From Candidatus Latescibacterota bacterium (lineage in GTDB: Bacteria; Latescibacterota; UBA2968): a stretch of 64,000 bases of DNA. Made by a program: the position numbers and the translations under genes. The DNA is taken from assembly GCA_965116885.1 (NCBI GenBank), contig OZ220741.1, positions 544,001 through 608,000 on the forward strand. Reading direction: 5' to 3'. Of this stretch, positions 9,975 through 19,010 are shown in pieces (the first letter of the stretch is position 1; every line of letters starts with the position of its first letter). The notes under the pieces were generated by a model. It searched no databases. It saw nothing but the letters and a program-made list of their open reading frames with translations, and was not told where the DNA came from.

Positions 9975-10964
9975 CTATTTAAGCAATTGTATTGCCATCT
10001 CTATAACCGAGTCTCTCCCCATAACACTATCCGAAGGTGAGACCGCAACGTGAATATCTGGCGGAACACCAATGTCTTCATATAGAACATTGTCAGCCGA
10101 AGACCACTTTCCCGTGGAGACTTTATATTCCCAACCATTGGGCAATTTCTTACGGGTAGGACTCCCCTGGCCTCCAAATGTCGTGTCCCCTACTGTCCTG
10201 ACATAAGGGAATCGCTTCATCGCCAATACGAAATATTCTCCAGAACTTATTACTTGTCTATCCGTGAGGACAATAATGGGTTTGGTAAATTGTTTGTCTC
10301 CAGCAGGTTTGACATATTTTTTTATAATACGACCAAAATCTGAATGTTGAGGCCCATCGCGCCTTTGTACAAGGGCGGACACTCTTTTTTTGTCTGCAAA
10401 GCGTCCCACTATTGCATCCACGTTGCGGCTACTTCCTCCGTTATTGCCTCTTACATCCACAATTAAACCCTTATGATCAAAAAATTCGTTCACAATGGGG
10501 TCTATCGCCTCTACCCAAGCACTACCATTCCTGATGCTAAAAGACGCGATGTGTAAATAGCCTATTGCATCAGAAATTTGACCAGAAATAAAAAGACCAT
10601 TCCCTGTGGTTTGAAATCCAGCACTCAAGTATTTACGCTTCACAAAATCCAAATTTAGAGTTCCTTCGGGTCGTCTATTTGCAGAGTTGAAATTCTTGAA
10701 CGGCGTGATTAGAGTAACATGAACATCGTTTAAGTGAGTTAGCATTGAAGATAAAATATCAAAAAGCTCAGAATTATCTGTCTGGTCGGTAACCTGCGGC
10801 GCGTATATGTCATACAGAGCTTGCCAATTGACATTTTTGGACAGAAAAAAAACATAATGGCGGTCAAATTCGTTCCATAAAATTTGTAAATTTTTCTCAG
10901 GATCAGAGTCAACCTGAGTTTCGTTAAGCAACATAGGCAATCATATGTGTGTGGGCTTGTTCAT
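9975..10964 (-). CDS. S41 family peptidase; N-terminus probably interrupted by a TGA at 10941-10943
   Basis: IGYLHIASF, IVDVRGNNGG, SSGEYF, GDTTFGG, GVPPDI. The ATG at 10964 overlaps the upstream stop and is in frame, but codon 8 is TGA. Confidence 0.8.
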
Positions 10965-11573
10965 AGTTGCTCGGCGGCCTTGCGAACCCACTTTACAGCC
11001 TCCTCTCGGTCTCGCTCTACACCCCAGCCCTTGTAATACATATGGCCAAGAAGGTACTGCGCTCTGTCTAATCCTTGCTCGGCAGCCTTGTGAACCCACT
11101 TCACAGCCTCCTCTTCATCTTGTCCCACAGTCTTAACTTTGTAATACATTTCGCCGAGGTAAAACTGGGCTTTGGCATGGCCTTGCTCGGCAGCCTTGCG
11201 AAGCCACTTCTGTGCTTCCTCACTGTCTTGACCTACGCCCTGGCCTTTGTAACACATATAGCCAAGAAGGTACTGAGCTTTGACATCTCCTTGTTCGGCA
11301 GCATGGCGAAGCCACTTCACGGCCTCTGCACCATTTTGAACTACACCTTGACCTTTGTAATACATATAGCCAATGAAGTACTGTGCTCCGGCATGACCTT
11401 GCTCCGCAAGAGGTAGCAATTCTTTGAGTGCCGTCGCGTAGTCACCCCGGTTATATGCCTTCCTGCCATCCTGCCACACCCCGGTTATATGCCTTCCTGC
11501 CATCCTGATAGTCCCCCCACGCCGATGGCGCAATGATCAGACACAGCGCCAGAATGAAAAGCAAGCGCCGCAA
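10961..11573 (-). pseudogene. Sel1-repeat (TPR-like) secreted protein, frameshifted by a 34-bp tandem duplication
   Basis: Repeats of AQYxLGxMYYKGQGVxQDxEEAVKWxRKAAEQG. The signal peptide LRRLLFILALCLIIAPSAWG is in another frame. Duplicated 31-mer at 11443 and 11477. Confidence 0.75.
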
Positions 11574-11689
11574 GATTGCATGATACGCAGGGGATTCAGT
11601 TCGCCGTTCATTCTCAGTCATCGCAAAACTCCCCTATTTTGAGGTTGGGATTTTGGCAGATTCCCGATGGTAGTTGCACAACTTGGAAT

Positions 11690-12520
11690 TTATATTTCCG
11701 CGCGTTTTTCATACATCACAAGCCCAATGATCATAAAGATGACACCCATCAGAATGGTATAAAAATAAGGAGCTACACTCGTTTCCAGAAAAATGAACCT
11801 TCCATTATAAGTAAAAGGAAGCGCCTGCATCTGTAAAATTGTAAAAACCCTCAGACCTTCAAGCGCGAAGAATCCAAAAAGAAAAAATACAAGAAAAGAA
11901 GCAACCGCAGCCAGTCTCCGATACCGCTTAACTGAAAACTTCACTCCCTCCATCCCTATCACAATGCCAAAAATAAAAATCATATAAATCACGAGTATCA
12001 AACTCGCTATAGGAACAAAATCAAAAAATGGCATACGCTCTACTCCAAATATAAACTTAGCCTCTGACGCTATCAGCAGGTCGGCGATATGTGTCATCGA
12101 TAAATACACACTGCCAATAACAATCCCACCCCCCACAAAGCCTACACTCGCGACCGCAGCGACCTTTGCCAGAATCACCGTGTATTGCGAAACTGGAAGG
12201 GCAAACATCTGATAATGCGTTTCGGATTGCCATTCGGCGTTACAGGTGTGCGCCAGCAAAAAAGGCAGACTCAGAACGAGGATAGTTTTTGCCAGACTGA
12301 CGGGCCACATAATACCTATCAGGGAGTTGCTGATCTGAATATATCTTTGTATGAATTCGTCAGACGCAATATTTTCTTCCGAAACAAAACGTTCAGACGA
12401 AACATTTGCCACTCGGATAAGCCCATAAGTATTCATTCCAAAAACTAAAAGAAGCAAAAAGAAAAAACGGATTTTATGTGCCTTAAGTTCCTTCACATAT
12501 AATGCAAAAAATGGTTTCAT
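11690..12520 (-). CDS. ABC-2 type transporter permease-like membrane protein
   Basis: About 6 TM segments, EW..ETHYQMFALPV...AKV motif, next to an ABC ATPase; paralog of 13751..14545. Confidence 0.75.
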   Translation of the reverse strand: MKPFFALYVKELKAHKIRFFFLLLLVFGMNTYGLIRVANVSSERFVSEENIASDEFIQRYIQISNSLIGIMWPVSLAKTILVLSLPFLLAHTCNAEWQSETHYQMFALPVSQYTVILAKVAAVASVGFVGGGIVIGSVYLSMTHIADLLIASEAKFIFGVERMPFFDFVPIASLILVIYMIFIFGIVIGMEGVKFSVKRYRRLAAVASFLVFFLFGFFALEGLRVFTILQMQALPFTYNGRFIFLETSVAPYFYTILMGVIFMIIGLVMYEKRAEI

Positions 12521-12541
12521 GGCATATTCCTTGAATGCACT

Positions 12542-12626
12542 GGATCGCGGTCCAAGCATGCCTCTGCACGTTTTAAGCAGGGGACATGCCGCGAATGACG
12601 GGCGGGCACGGGGGCACCGCCCCTAC
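12542..12626 (+). repeat. Composite repeat: family-3 hairpin (GGATCGCGG...CATGCCGCGAATGAC) plus REP-like copy 2
   Basis: Matches 63381-63410 and the REP core. Confidence 0.75.
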
Positions 12627-12648
12627 ATTGGACTGAGATAGAGATCCC

Positions 12649-13341
12649 CTACATCGCCACCATCTCAAACATCTCTGAAAGCGACTCTCCGCGTTCCTCT
12701 CTCAGCGCATCTGCATTGCCAGAAAGCGCGATCTCGCCCTCTTTCATAAACATTACATCTTCGATATACTCGCCCACTTCATGGACCAGATGCGTCGAAA
12801 TCAAAATCGTCTGCTCGCCAAAGCGAAACTCGCTAAACGAGGCTTCGATAAGGCGTTTGCGCGACGGGGGATCAATACCGGATAGCGGTTCATCCAGCAA
12901 AACCAGATCACTGGGCCAGGAAAACGCACACACCACCTTGAGCCGTCCTTTTTGCCCCCGCGAAAGCGCGCCCACCTTCTTATCGCCATCCAGCCCCATA
13001 AAACTCAGCAAACTGCGCGACTTATCCATATCCCACCTGGGATAAAAACGCGCCAGAAATTCCACCTGCTCCATCACCTTCATCCAATCGTAAAACGGAT
13101 TGACCTCCGCCAAATAAGCCACATGCTGTCGGGTCTTCACACTCACCTCTTGCCCCATCACCTCCGCGGTTCCCCGAGACGGGCGGGTCAAACCAGCCAG
13201 AATGCGAAACAAAGTACTCTTCCCACTCCCATTCTCGCCCAACACACCTTGCACGCGCCCGCGCTCAACCTGAAAAGAAACACCGCGCAGTGCCCACGCG
13301 CCCGGATATCGCTTCCACACATCTCGAACATCGATCATCAT
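12649..13341 (-). CDS. ABC transporter ATP-binding protein (YtrB-like)
   Basis: GENGSGKST, LSRGQ, LLDEP, ISTH. Confidence 0.93.
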   Translation of the reverse strand: MMIDVRDVWKRYPGAWALRGVSFQVERGRVQGVLGENGSGKSTLFRILAGLTRPSRGTAEVMGQEVSVKTRQHVAYLAEVNPFYDWMKVMEQVEFLARFYPRWDMDKSRSLLSFMGLDGDKKVGALSRGQKGRLKVVCAFSWPSDLVLLDEPLSGIDPPSRKRLIEASFSEFRFGEQTILISTHLVHEVGEYIEDVMFMKEGEIALSGNADALREERGESLSEMFEMVAM

Positions 13342-13709
13342 GTCAAACCCTCCTCTATCTCGTGCAACAAATCGGCAATTTGCCCGCTGGAAAGATCCAA
13401 TTCTCCAACCTCTGCAACAAACCGCGCTACAGCACTCTGTACCAACGCCCGCTTCTCAGCCTCAATCTTTTTCCCATCCTCCGTAACAAACGAACCCTGC
13501 CCGCGCCGCGTAAAAACAAACCCCTCCCGCTCAAGCTCTGCATAAGCCCGCGCCATCGTATTGGGATTCACGCCCATTTCCTTCGCCATATCCCGCACCG
13601 AAGGCAACTTTGAACCCGGCGAATAAACCCCACGCACAGAACGCTTTTTGATCTCGCCGATAATTTGCAGATAAATAGGTGCATTTGGATCAAACTCATA
13701 AGGTGGCAT
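13338..13709 (-). CDS. GntR family regulator, YtrA subfamily
   Basis: PIYLQI, LPSVRDMA...VNPNTMARAY..LE.EG...RRGQGSFV; short C-terminus. Confidence 0.92.
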   Translation of the reverse strand: MPPYEFDPNAPIYLQIIGEIKKRSVRGVYSPGSKLPSVRDMAKEMGVNPNTMARAYAELEREGFVFTRRGQGSFVTEDGKKIEAEKRALVQSAVARFVAEVGELDLSSGQIADLLHEIEEGLT

Positions 13710-13750
13710 ACAAATGCCTCCTGATTCTTTGTACGGTCATAGATCGGACC

Positions 13751-14545
13751 TCATATTTCCGCGCGTTTTTCATACACAACAAGTCCAATGATCATAAAGA
13801 TAATACCCATCAGAATTGTATAGACAAAAGGTGCTAAACCAATTGTAAAGTTAGCAGGAGTAGGCATTGAAATTTGCCCTGAAAATTCAAAAAACTTTAT
13901 GCCTTGTGGTAAAAGCTGGCCATATAAAAACACGGCAATTAAAAAAAAAGTAATCGCAGTCAATCCCCGATACCGCTTAACCGCGAACTTCACTCCCTCC
14001 ATCCCGGTCACAACACCCAGAATGAAAACTATAGATGTCACAAAAATCAAGCCAATCACCAAAGCAACACGCGGAACTGACATCAACTCCATTGTGCTGT
14101 CTAAAAATCCGACCTTACGCCCTATCCATAAATACAAGCAGCCAATCACAAGCCCTACACCTACACCTACAATGCCCTTACTCGCAACCACAGCGACTTT
14201 TGCCAGATTCACTATGTATTGTGGAACCGGCAGTGCAAACATCTGATAATGCGTTTCGGATTTCCATTCGGTATTGAAGGCATGCGCCAGCAAAAAGGGC
14301 AGACTAAAAATAAGGATAAAAGCAGCCAGCATTGACATTGGTCCCCAAAAATAAGAGAAATTGTTGGACTGAAAAACCTGGGGATCAATATCGCCGAAGG
14401 ACTTTATTATGTACAGAATGTGCAAAAAATATTCCAATTGAATCAACCCATAAGCATTCATCCCCACAATCAAAAGAAAAAAGAAGAAAAAAAGGATTTT
14501 ATGCGCTTTGAGTTCCTTTACATACAGCACAAAAAATGGTTTCAT
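13751..14545 (-). CDS. ABC-2 type transporter permease-like membrane protein (paralog)
   Basis: Starts MKPFFVLYVKELKAHKI and ends YEKRAEI, like 11690..12520; GGAG RBS before 14545. Confidence 0.75.
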   Translation of the reverse strand: MKPFFVLYVKELKAHKILFFFFFLLIVGMNAYGLIQLEYFLHILYIIKSFGDIDPQVFQSNNFSYFWGPMSMLAAFILIFSLPFLLAHAFNTEWKSETHYQMFALPVPQYIVNLAKVAVVASKGIVGVGVGLVIGCLYLWIGRKVGFLDSTMELMSVPRVALVIGLIFVTSIVFILGVVTGMEGVKFAVKRYRGLTAITFFLIAVFLYGQLLPQGIKFFEFSGQISMPTPANFTIGLAPFVYTILMGIIFMIIGLVVYEKRAEI

Positions 14546-14596
14546 GTCAAACTCCATTGAAATCGGTGAAACGTGAGACGTTAAAGGCATTCCCTC

Positions 14597-14800
14597 TTAC
14601 TTCTTACCGTCCTTCAACAATTCAAGGACTACGTTGAGCAACAAATCATGATACTTTGGTTCGTCGGGAAATTCAACGTGAACATCAGGTGATATACCCT
14701 TCCCCTCAAACGGGTCTCCATCGGCGTCAAAGCCACCCCTGACGAAATATAGGTCACACCATTCGACAAGTGTACGGGTTTCGAATCGCCCAAACTGCTT
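14597..14800 (-). pseudogene. C-terminal remnant of an S41-like peptidase
   Basis: DADGDPFEGKGISPDVHV...LELLK resembles the tail of 9975..10940; GDSKPVHLSNGVTY lies just upstream in a different frame. Confidence 0.5.
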
Positions 14801-14973
14801 AGGATAAATTTCCGGAGAGAAGAGTAGAGGGATCAATATATTGACCAGGAGAAGGCCAAGGCGTTGCACATCAAGTGAGGACGTGCATTCTATGTGGTCG
14901 AGGAACGCCGGGCAGACGGGAGTAGGGTACGGTCCTAAGTGGTGGGGGCCACACCACTCCAGCACCTATAACA

Positions 14974-15543
14974 TTAGGGGATGCCTGGCAAGTTCACAGG
15001 AATAGCCAACCCAACCGAACCAGAGAGTTGTTTATGCTGGATATGGTCGCCAAGATATGACTGGTTCACCGTAACGTATCTTGTCTTGAAAGTCAGCAGC
15101 CAGCCTTTCCACAGATTGTAGCCGAACCCTGCGCCGAAACCCAGGCCCGCAAGTGAAAGAGAAGTTTCCTTGTGATCAAAGCCTATAATAGAAAATCCAT
15201 ATTCGAGAAAACCGGTCCATGAATTAGTTAATTCAAAGGAATGATAAACGAGGAGATGTGTTAGCAGAATCATTGTGTCGCCTTCCCTGATCAGGCTATT
15301 TGGGCGAACCGAGGTTTTGGCTCCGCCGTGGGCTAAATAAATACCAGTGGTACTTCTATCCCCGATAACGAAAGGTTTCCACACACCGAATTCGATCGTA
15401 AGAGACTGCCCGGTGGATTGCTTGAAGCTGGATAAAGCACCCGCTCCCATTGAAAAATAAAAGTCGCTTCGCTCTTCTGCTAAGACGCTTCCGGATACAA
15501 CAAGCCCAAGGAGGGAAATAAGTCCTTTTCTGATCGCTTTCAT
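14974..15543 (-). CDS. Putative outer-membrane beta-barrel protein
   Basis: Signal peptide and amphipathic strands (GLGFGAGFGYNL). Confidence 0.6.
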   Translation of the reverse strand: MKAIRKGLISLLGLVVSGSVLAEERSDFYFSMGAGALSSFKQSTGQSLTIEFGVWKPFVIGDRSTTGIYLAHGGAKTSVRPNSLIREGDTMILLTHLLVYHSFELTNSWTGFLEYGFSIIGFDHKETSLSLAGLGFGAGFGYNLWKGWLLTFKTRYVTVNQSYLGDHIQHKQLSGSVGLAIPVNLPGIP

Positions 15544-15557
15544 TGAATAAATCCCCT

Positions 15558-15790
15558 TTTGCTCACCGGGCGATCAGCATCATCACTCGATGCAGCTCGG
15601 TGGTAGATGAATAATGCATGAGGATATCCTGCTTGCCGTCCTTGTTGAGGTCCACCAGCCAGATCGGGGTAGATACCACCTTCCAGGCGGTAGAAGTCGA
15701 GATCCATCGACACGGAACGAGTCAGCAACGCCCCGGCAATCATGCGGATGGTCTTGAAGAACCCGACCTTGATGGTTGTGAACATCACCC
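15558..15790 (-). pseudogene. Internally deleted remnant of the FG-GAP gene
   Basis: 15558-15661 resembles 16521-16624, and 15690-15790 resembles 16886-16985. Confidence 0.75.
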
Positions 15791-15873
15791 AATGGTGAGC
15801 GTTTGAAACTCCTATCCGTTCCCTCAAAGGGTGCCATCGCTTCTCGCGGCACTGCCCCACTTCCGCTCTCCAG

Positions 15874-16497
15874 CTACGGCCACCAAGAAACACCGACGGT
15901 GAGCCGGGCCGATTCAGCGTGAATGTCGAGAAATTTGTGCAAATGTTCGCTCGTCCCGCCATCCAAGATATTGTCAACTTCGACATCTTTGAAATATCCC
16001 TTGCCCAACTTGAAGTTCACCTCGAAGGCCCACGCCTTAGACAGATAGATGGCGAGTCCGCCTCCCAGGCTGAAGGACGGTAAACCACTGAAGTCAGTGG
16101 TGGTCTGTTCCCCGTTCTTGAGAACGTCGCTCACGGGCCAAAATGTAAGGGCAAGATCGCCATAGGGAACCCACCGACGGCTATTGACCAGGTGCAGCCT
16201 CACCCCATAGTCAACGTGGGCGAATGTCACTTTGTCGAACGCATCGAATTCCTGGACATTGATGTCCGCATACGAACCGGACGCGTACAGTGTGACGATT
16301 CTGTTGAAGCTATAGCCGAACCGAGGGCCCACCAGTACTCCTCTGTCACTCGGCTTGTTCTCGAAGGAGACGGCCGCCCCTCCGAGATCAAAACCGAATA
16401 CCCACCCTTGAGGCGTGGACTGCTGAGCGCTGCCGTCGATAACGGACCCGAGGCAGAGCAGGACCGAGAACAGCATTGTAGCGAGTGCCTTGATCAT
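15874..16497 (-). CDS. Outer-membrane beta-barrel protein (OmpA-like 8-strand type)
   Basis: Signal peptide, alternating strands, aromatic C-terminus (VGVSWWP). Confidence 0.7.
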   Translation of the reverse strand: MIKALATMLFSVLLCLGSVIDGSAQQSTPQGWVFGFDLGGAAVSFENKPSDRGVLVGPRFGYSFNRIVTLYASGSYADINVQEFDAFDKVTFAHVDYGVRLHLVNSRRWVPYGDLALTFWPVSDVLKNGEQTTTDFSGLPSFSLGGGLAIYLSKAWAFEVNFKLGKGYFKDVEVDNILDGGTSEHLHKFLDIHAESARLTVGVSWWP

Positions 16498-16525
16498 ATG
16501 CGTTATTCCTCCGTGCGCTTTTTGC

Positions 16526-18127
16526 TCACCGGGCGATCAGCATCGTCACTCGATGCGGCTCGGTGGTAGATGGGTAATGTAAGAGCATATCCTGCTTACC
16601 GTCCTTGTTGAGGTCCTCCAGCCAGGCATATTCCTCGTTGGGCATGGTGACCGACACTTTTTGAGGCCGCCGGGAGAACAAGTCCGGCCCTGGCACGCCG
16701 AGAAAGACGCGCAGTTCTTTCCGGCCCTGCTGTACCAACAGGTCCGAGTGTCTGTCGCCGTTCACATCTCCAATCAGCACGGTTGGAAAGTGTGCCGCCG
16801 CTTTTTCCCCTGACTCGCCGAGCGAGGTCGTTCTAATTTTTCGTCTGGCGTTCGGTTTGTCGGGATAGGTAGCATCTTCCATGCAGTAGAAGTGGAGATC
16901 CATCGACACGGAACGAGTCAGCAACGCGCTGACAAGCATGCCGATAGTCTTAAATATTCCGGGATTGATGATGGTGAACATCACGTCGGTCTGGCCGTCA
17001 TGGTCGATATCGTGCGGCTCCAGTCCGAACGGGATGCCGTCTGAGTGAATCACGGCACCGATATCTGGCGAGAAGAGAGTGCGGTCATGCGTCAGCGCGC
17101 CGAAATGCACCTCATAGGTGGAATGCATGCTCCACAGTTCGGATGTCTGTCCCAAGAAGCGGTTGCTCCCGCTCTCCAGCGAAAAAACTACGAGGTCTGC
17201 GACGCTGTCGCCATTCATGTCGGTTAGCGAGTGCAGCACCCGCCCTGTCATGTCTCCGCTCGCTGCGTGATCTTTACGCCGCTGGCGAACCCCCTCTGGC
17301 GCAACGAGCGAACCGAGATCATCGGAGTCGAATGATACATCGGTAGTGAAGATTATGGGCACCGATGCAAACAGCCCACGCTTGTCCTGAAGATGAACCT
17401 TGAAGTGGTCCTCATTCCAGAACACCAGGTCGCCAAGGCTATCTTGGTTGTAGTCCACTTCGTGGACACGTCCCTGAGCCCAGGGATTGTATCGATATCC
17501 GTCGTCCCCGTAGATTCTATCCATCTCAATAGAAGGACCGATCTTCACTGGATCAGCGAACGCACCGTCGCTCATCTGGATGAACACCCAGAAGCCATCG
17601 ACATCCGGCACGACCAGATCGTCGCGTTCGTCTCCATTCACATCCCGTGTGACATCTATATGGGAGATTTGGCCCTGGAGAGGAGGATTGAAGTTTGAAG
17701 TAATCTTCATCAGTGCGCGTTCTGTCGCCGATTCGGGATCGAACCAGTTCAGGCGGCCGGGCTCGTACGTAATCAACCGATCATGTCCACCGATGTTGGC
17801 TACATCGACGAACAACACTTCGGAACGCAACGTTGCGTCGAGTATCGGCACCCAAGTGTCGTCGCCGAACGCGTAGATGTGCAAACGGCGGTCGTTGTTT
17901 TCGTCTATGTTCACCACGACAAGTTCCGCGATGGTGCTACCGAGAAGAAATCCTGTCAAAACGGTTCGGTGTTTCGCAGAGCCGATGACGACCTCGTACT
18001 GCTCGAAAGTGAATTCGCTGGCAACAGGCTGTATCGGCTTGACCTCTTCGCTGAACAGACCCGAGTATCCCGATAAGAATACAGCAAAAAAAGACAGACT
18101 CTGAAGAAAAAATCTAAAAATAGGCAT
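16526..18127 (-). CDS. Secreted FG-GAP/VCBS repeat protein
   Basis: Several DxNGDxxxDL motifs (DVNGDERDDLV, DMNGDSVADLV, DVNGDRHSDLL, DLNKDGKQDM). Confidence 0.85.
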   Translation of the reverse strand: MPIFRFFLQSLSFFAVFLSGYSGLFSEEVKPIQPVASEFTFEQYEVVIGSAKHRTVLTGFLLGSTIAELVVVNIDENNDRRLHIYAFGDDTWVPILDATLRSEVLFVDVANIGGHDRLITYEPGRLNWFDPESATERALMKITSNFNPPLQGQISHIDVTRDVNGDERDDLVVPDVDGFWVFIQMSDGAFADPVKIGPSIEMDRIYGDDGYRYNPWAQGRVHEVDYNQDSLGDLVFWNEDHFKVHLQDKRGLFASVPIIFTTDVSFDSDDLGSLVAPEGVRQRRKDHAASGDMTGRVLHSLTDMNGDSVADLVVFSLESGSNRFLGQTSELWSMHSTYEVHFGALTHDRTLFSPDIGAVIHSDGIPFGLEPHDIDHDGQTDVMFTIINPGIFKTIGMLVSALLTRSVSMDLHFYCMEDATYPDKPNARRKIRTTSLGESGEKAAAHFPTVLIGDVNGDRHSDLLVQQGRKELRVFLGVPGPDLFSRRPQKVSVTMPNEEYAWLEDLNKDGKQDMLLHYPSTTEPHRVTMLIAR

Positions 18128-18641
18128 GTATTCCTCCTCCTAAGTAAACGCCTGCAAGATCCTTAGTTTGAGATCGGATTTTTTTCCTACCAAATCCTTG
18201 ACCAATTTCCACATTTAGGCCGAGCGGAATTCCCCCAAGTGAAAACACAAGTTCGCCTCCAAAAGCAAGTCCACCTGCTAATGTTGTGGATTTGACAATC
18301 TCTTGACTCAGATCTTGCTCTTTTTTATCTCGCCAGCCACCTTCTAAAGTGAAATAAAGTCGAGATATAATCCACCTGCTTTGATGATCAAATATAGCAT
18401 ATGAAACGCCAGCACCTAACATATGGTCACTATCCTGACCATTGAGAATAAAACGTCCAACGGTTTGAAGATATACAGGTGCCAGTCCGGTATAGCGAAT
18501 ACTGATTCCACCAAATGCGGGTGTAGCTCCCTGAAGTCCGATACCGAAACTTTTGGTAAGATCAGTTTTTTGCGCCTGAGCCGAAAAACTGAAGATAAAA
18601 ATAAAGCAAAGGCAGATTAGGCAAGAAATTGAGCGTAGCAT
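18114..18641 (-). CDS. Putative outer-membrane beta-barrel protein
   Basis: Signal peptide, beta-strand pattern, ends GIHAYF. Confidence 0.65.
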   Translation of the reverse strand: MLRSISCLICLCFIFIFSFSAQAQKTDLTKSFGIGLQGATPAFGGISIRYTGLAPVYLQTVGRFILNGQDSDHMLGAGVSYAIFDHQSRWIISRLYFTLEGGWRDKKEQDLSQEIVKSTTLAGGLAFGGELVFSLGGIPLGLNVEIGQGFGRKKIRSQTKDLAGVYLGGGIHAYF

Positions 18642-18892
18642 TGCATCCCCTCCGTCTATTTGAATAGATGAAAATCCGTTAGAAGCAGTTTTAAAAATCC
18701 TGACTATCTTTGAACAATTGATCGGTGTCTGCCATCCGTCCGACCGGAATTAGTACGCGATCAGATCTGCAGGACTAAAAAATATCGAGCAGTCATTTGA
18801 CCCTCCAATCGAGTGAAAAACCAGCGGTGTCTTAGTGTTCTACCTAAATAATACACTCAAACAATTCATCTGTCAAGCAGAAAAATAAAAAC

Positions 18893-18920
18893 TCCTCAAA
18901 ACTTGAAAGCTTTGAGGAGT
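18893..18920 (-). terminator. Probable terminator
   Basis: ACTCCTCAAA...TTTGAGGAGT hairpin followed by a T-run on the minus strand. Confidence 0.6.
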
Positions 18921-18952
18921 TAATTATCGATCTATTTGCCGCGATGACACAC

Positions 18953-18978
18953 GGGACGGCACAGGGGCCGTCCCCTAC
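18953..18978 (+). repeat. REP-like element, variant copy 3
   Basis: GGGACGGC-ACAGGG-GCCGTCCC-CTAC: same loop and CTAC end, different but perfect stem. Confidence 0.8.
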
Positions 18979-19010
18979 AACAACATACCACGATGACAGC
19001 ACTAATTATA

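Noticed and set aside
10941..10943. Sec codon in the S41 peptidase
   Set aside because: It falls in the leader region, not at a catalytic Cys, and the hairpin is a poor SECIS match.
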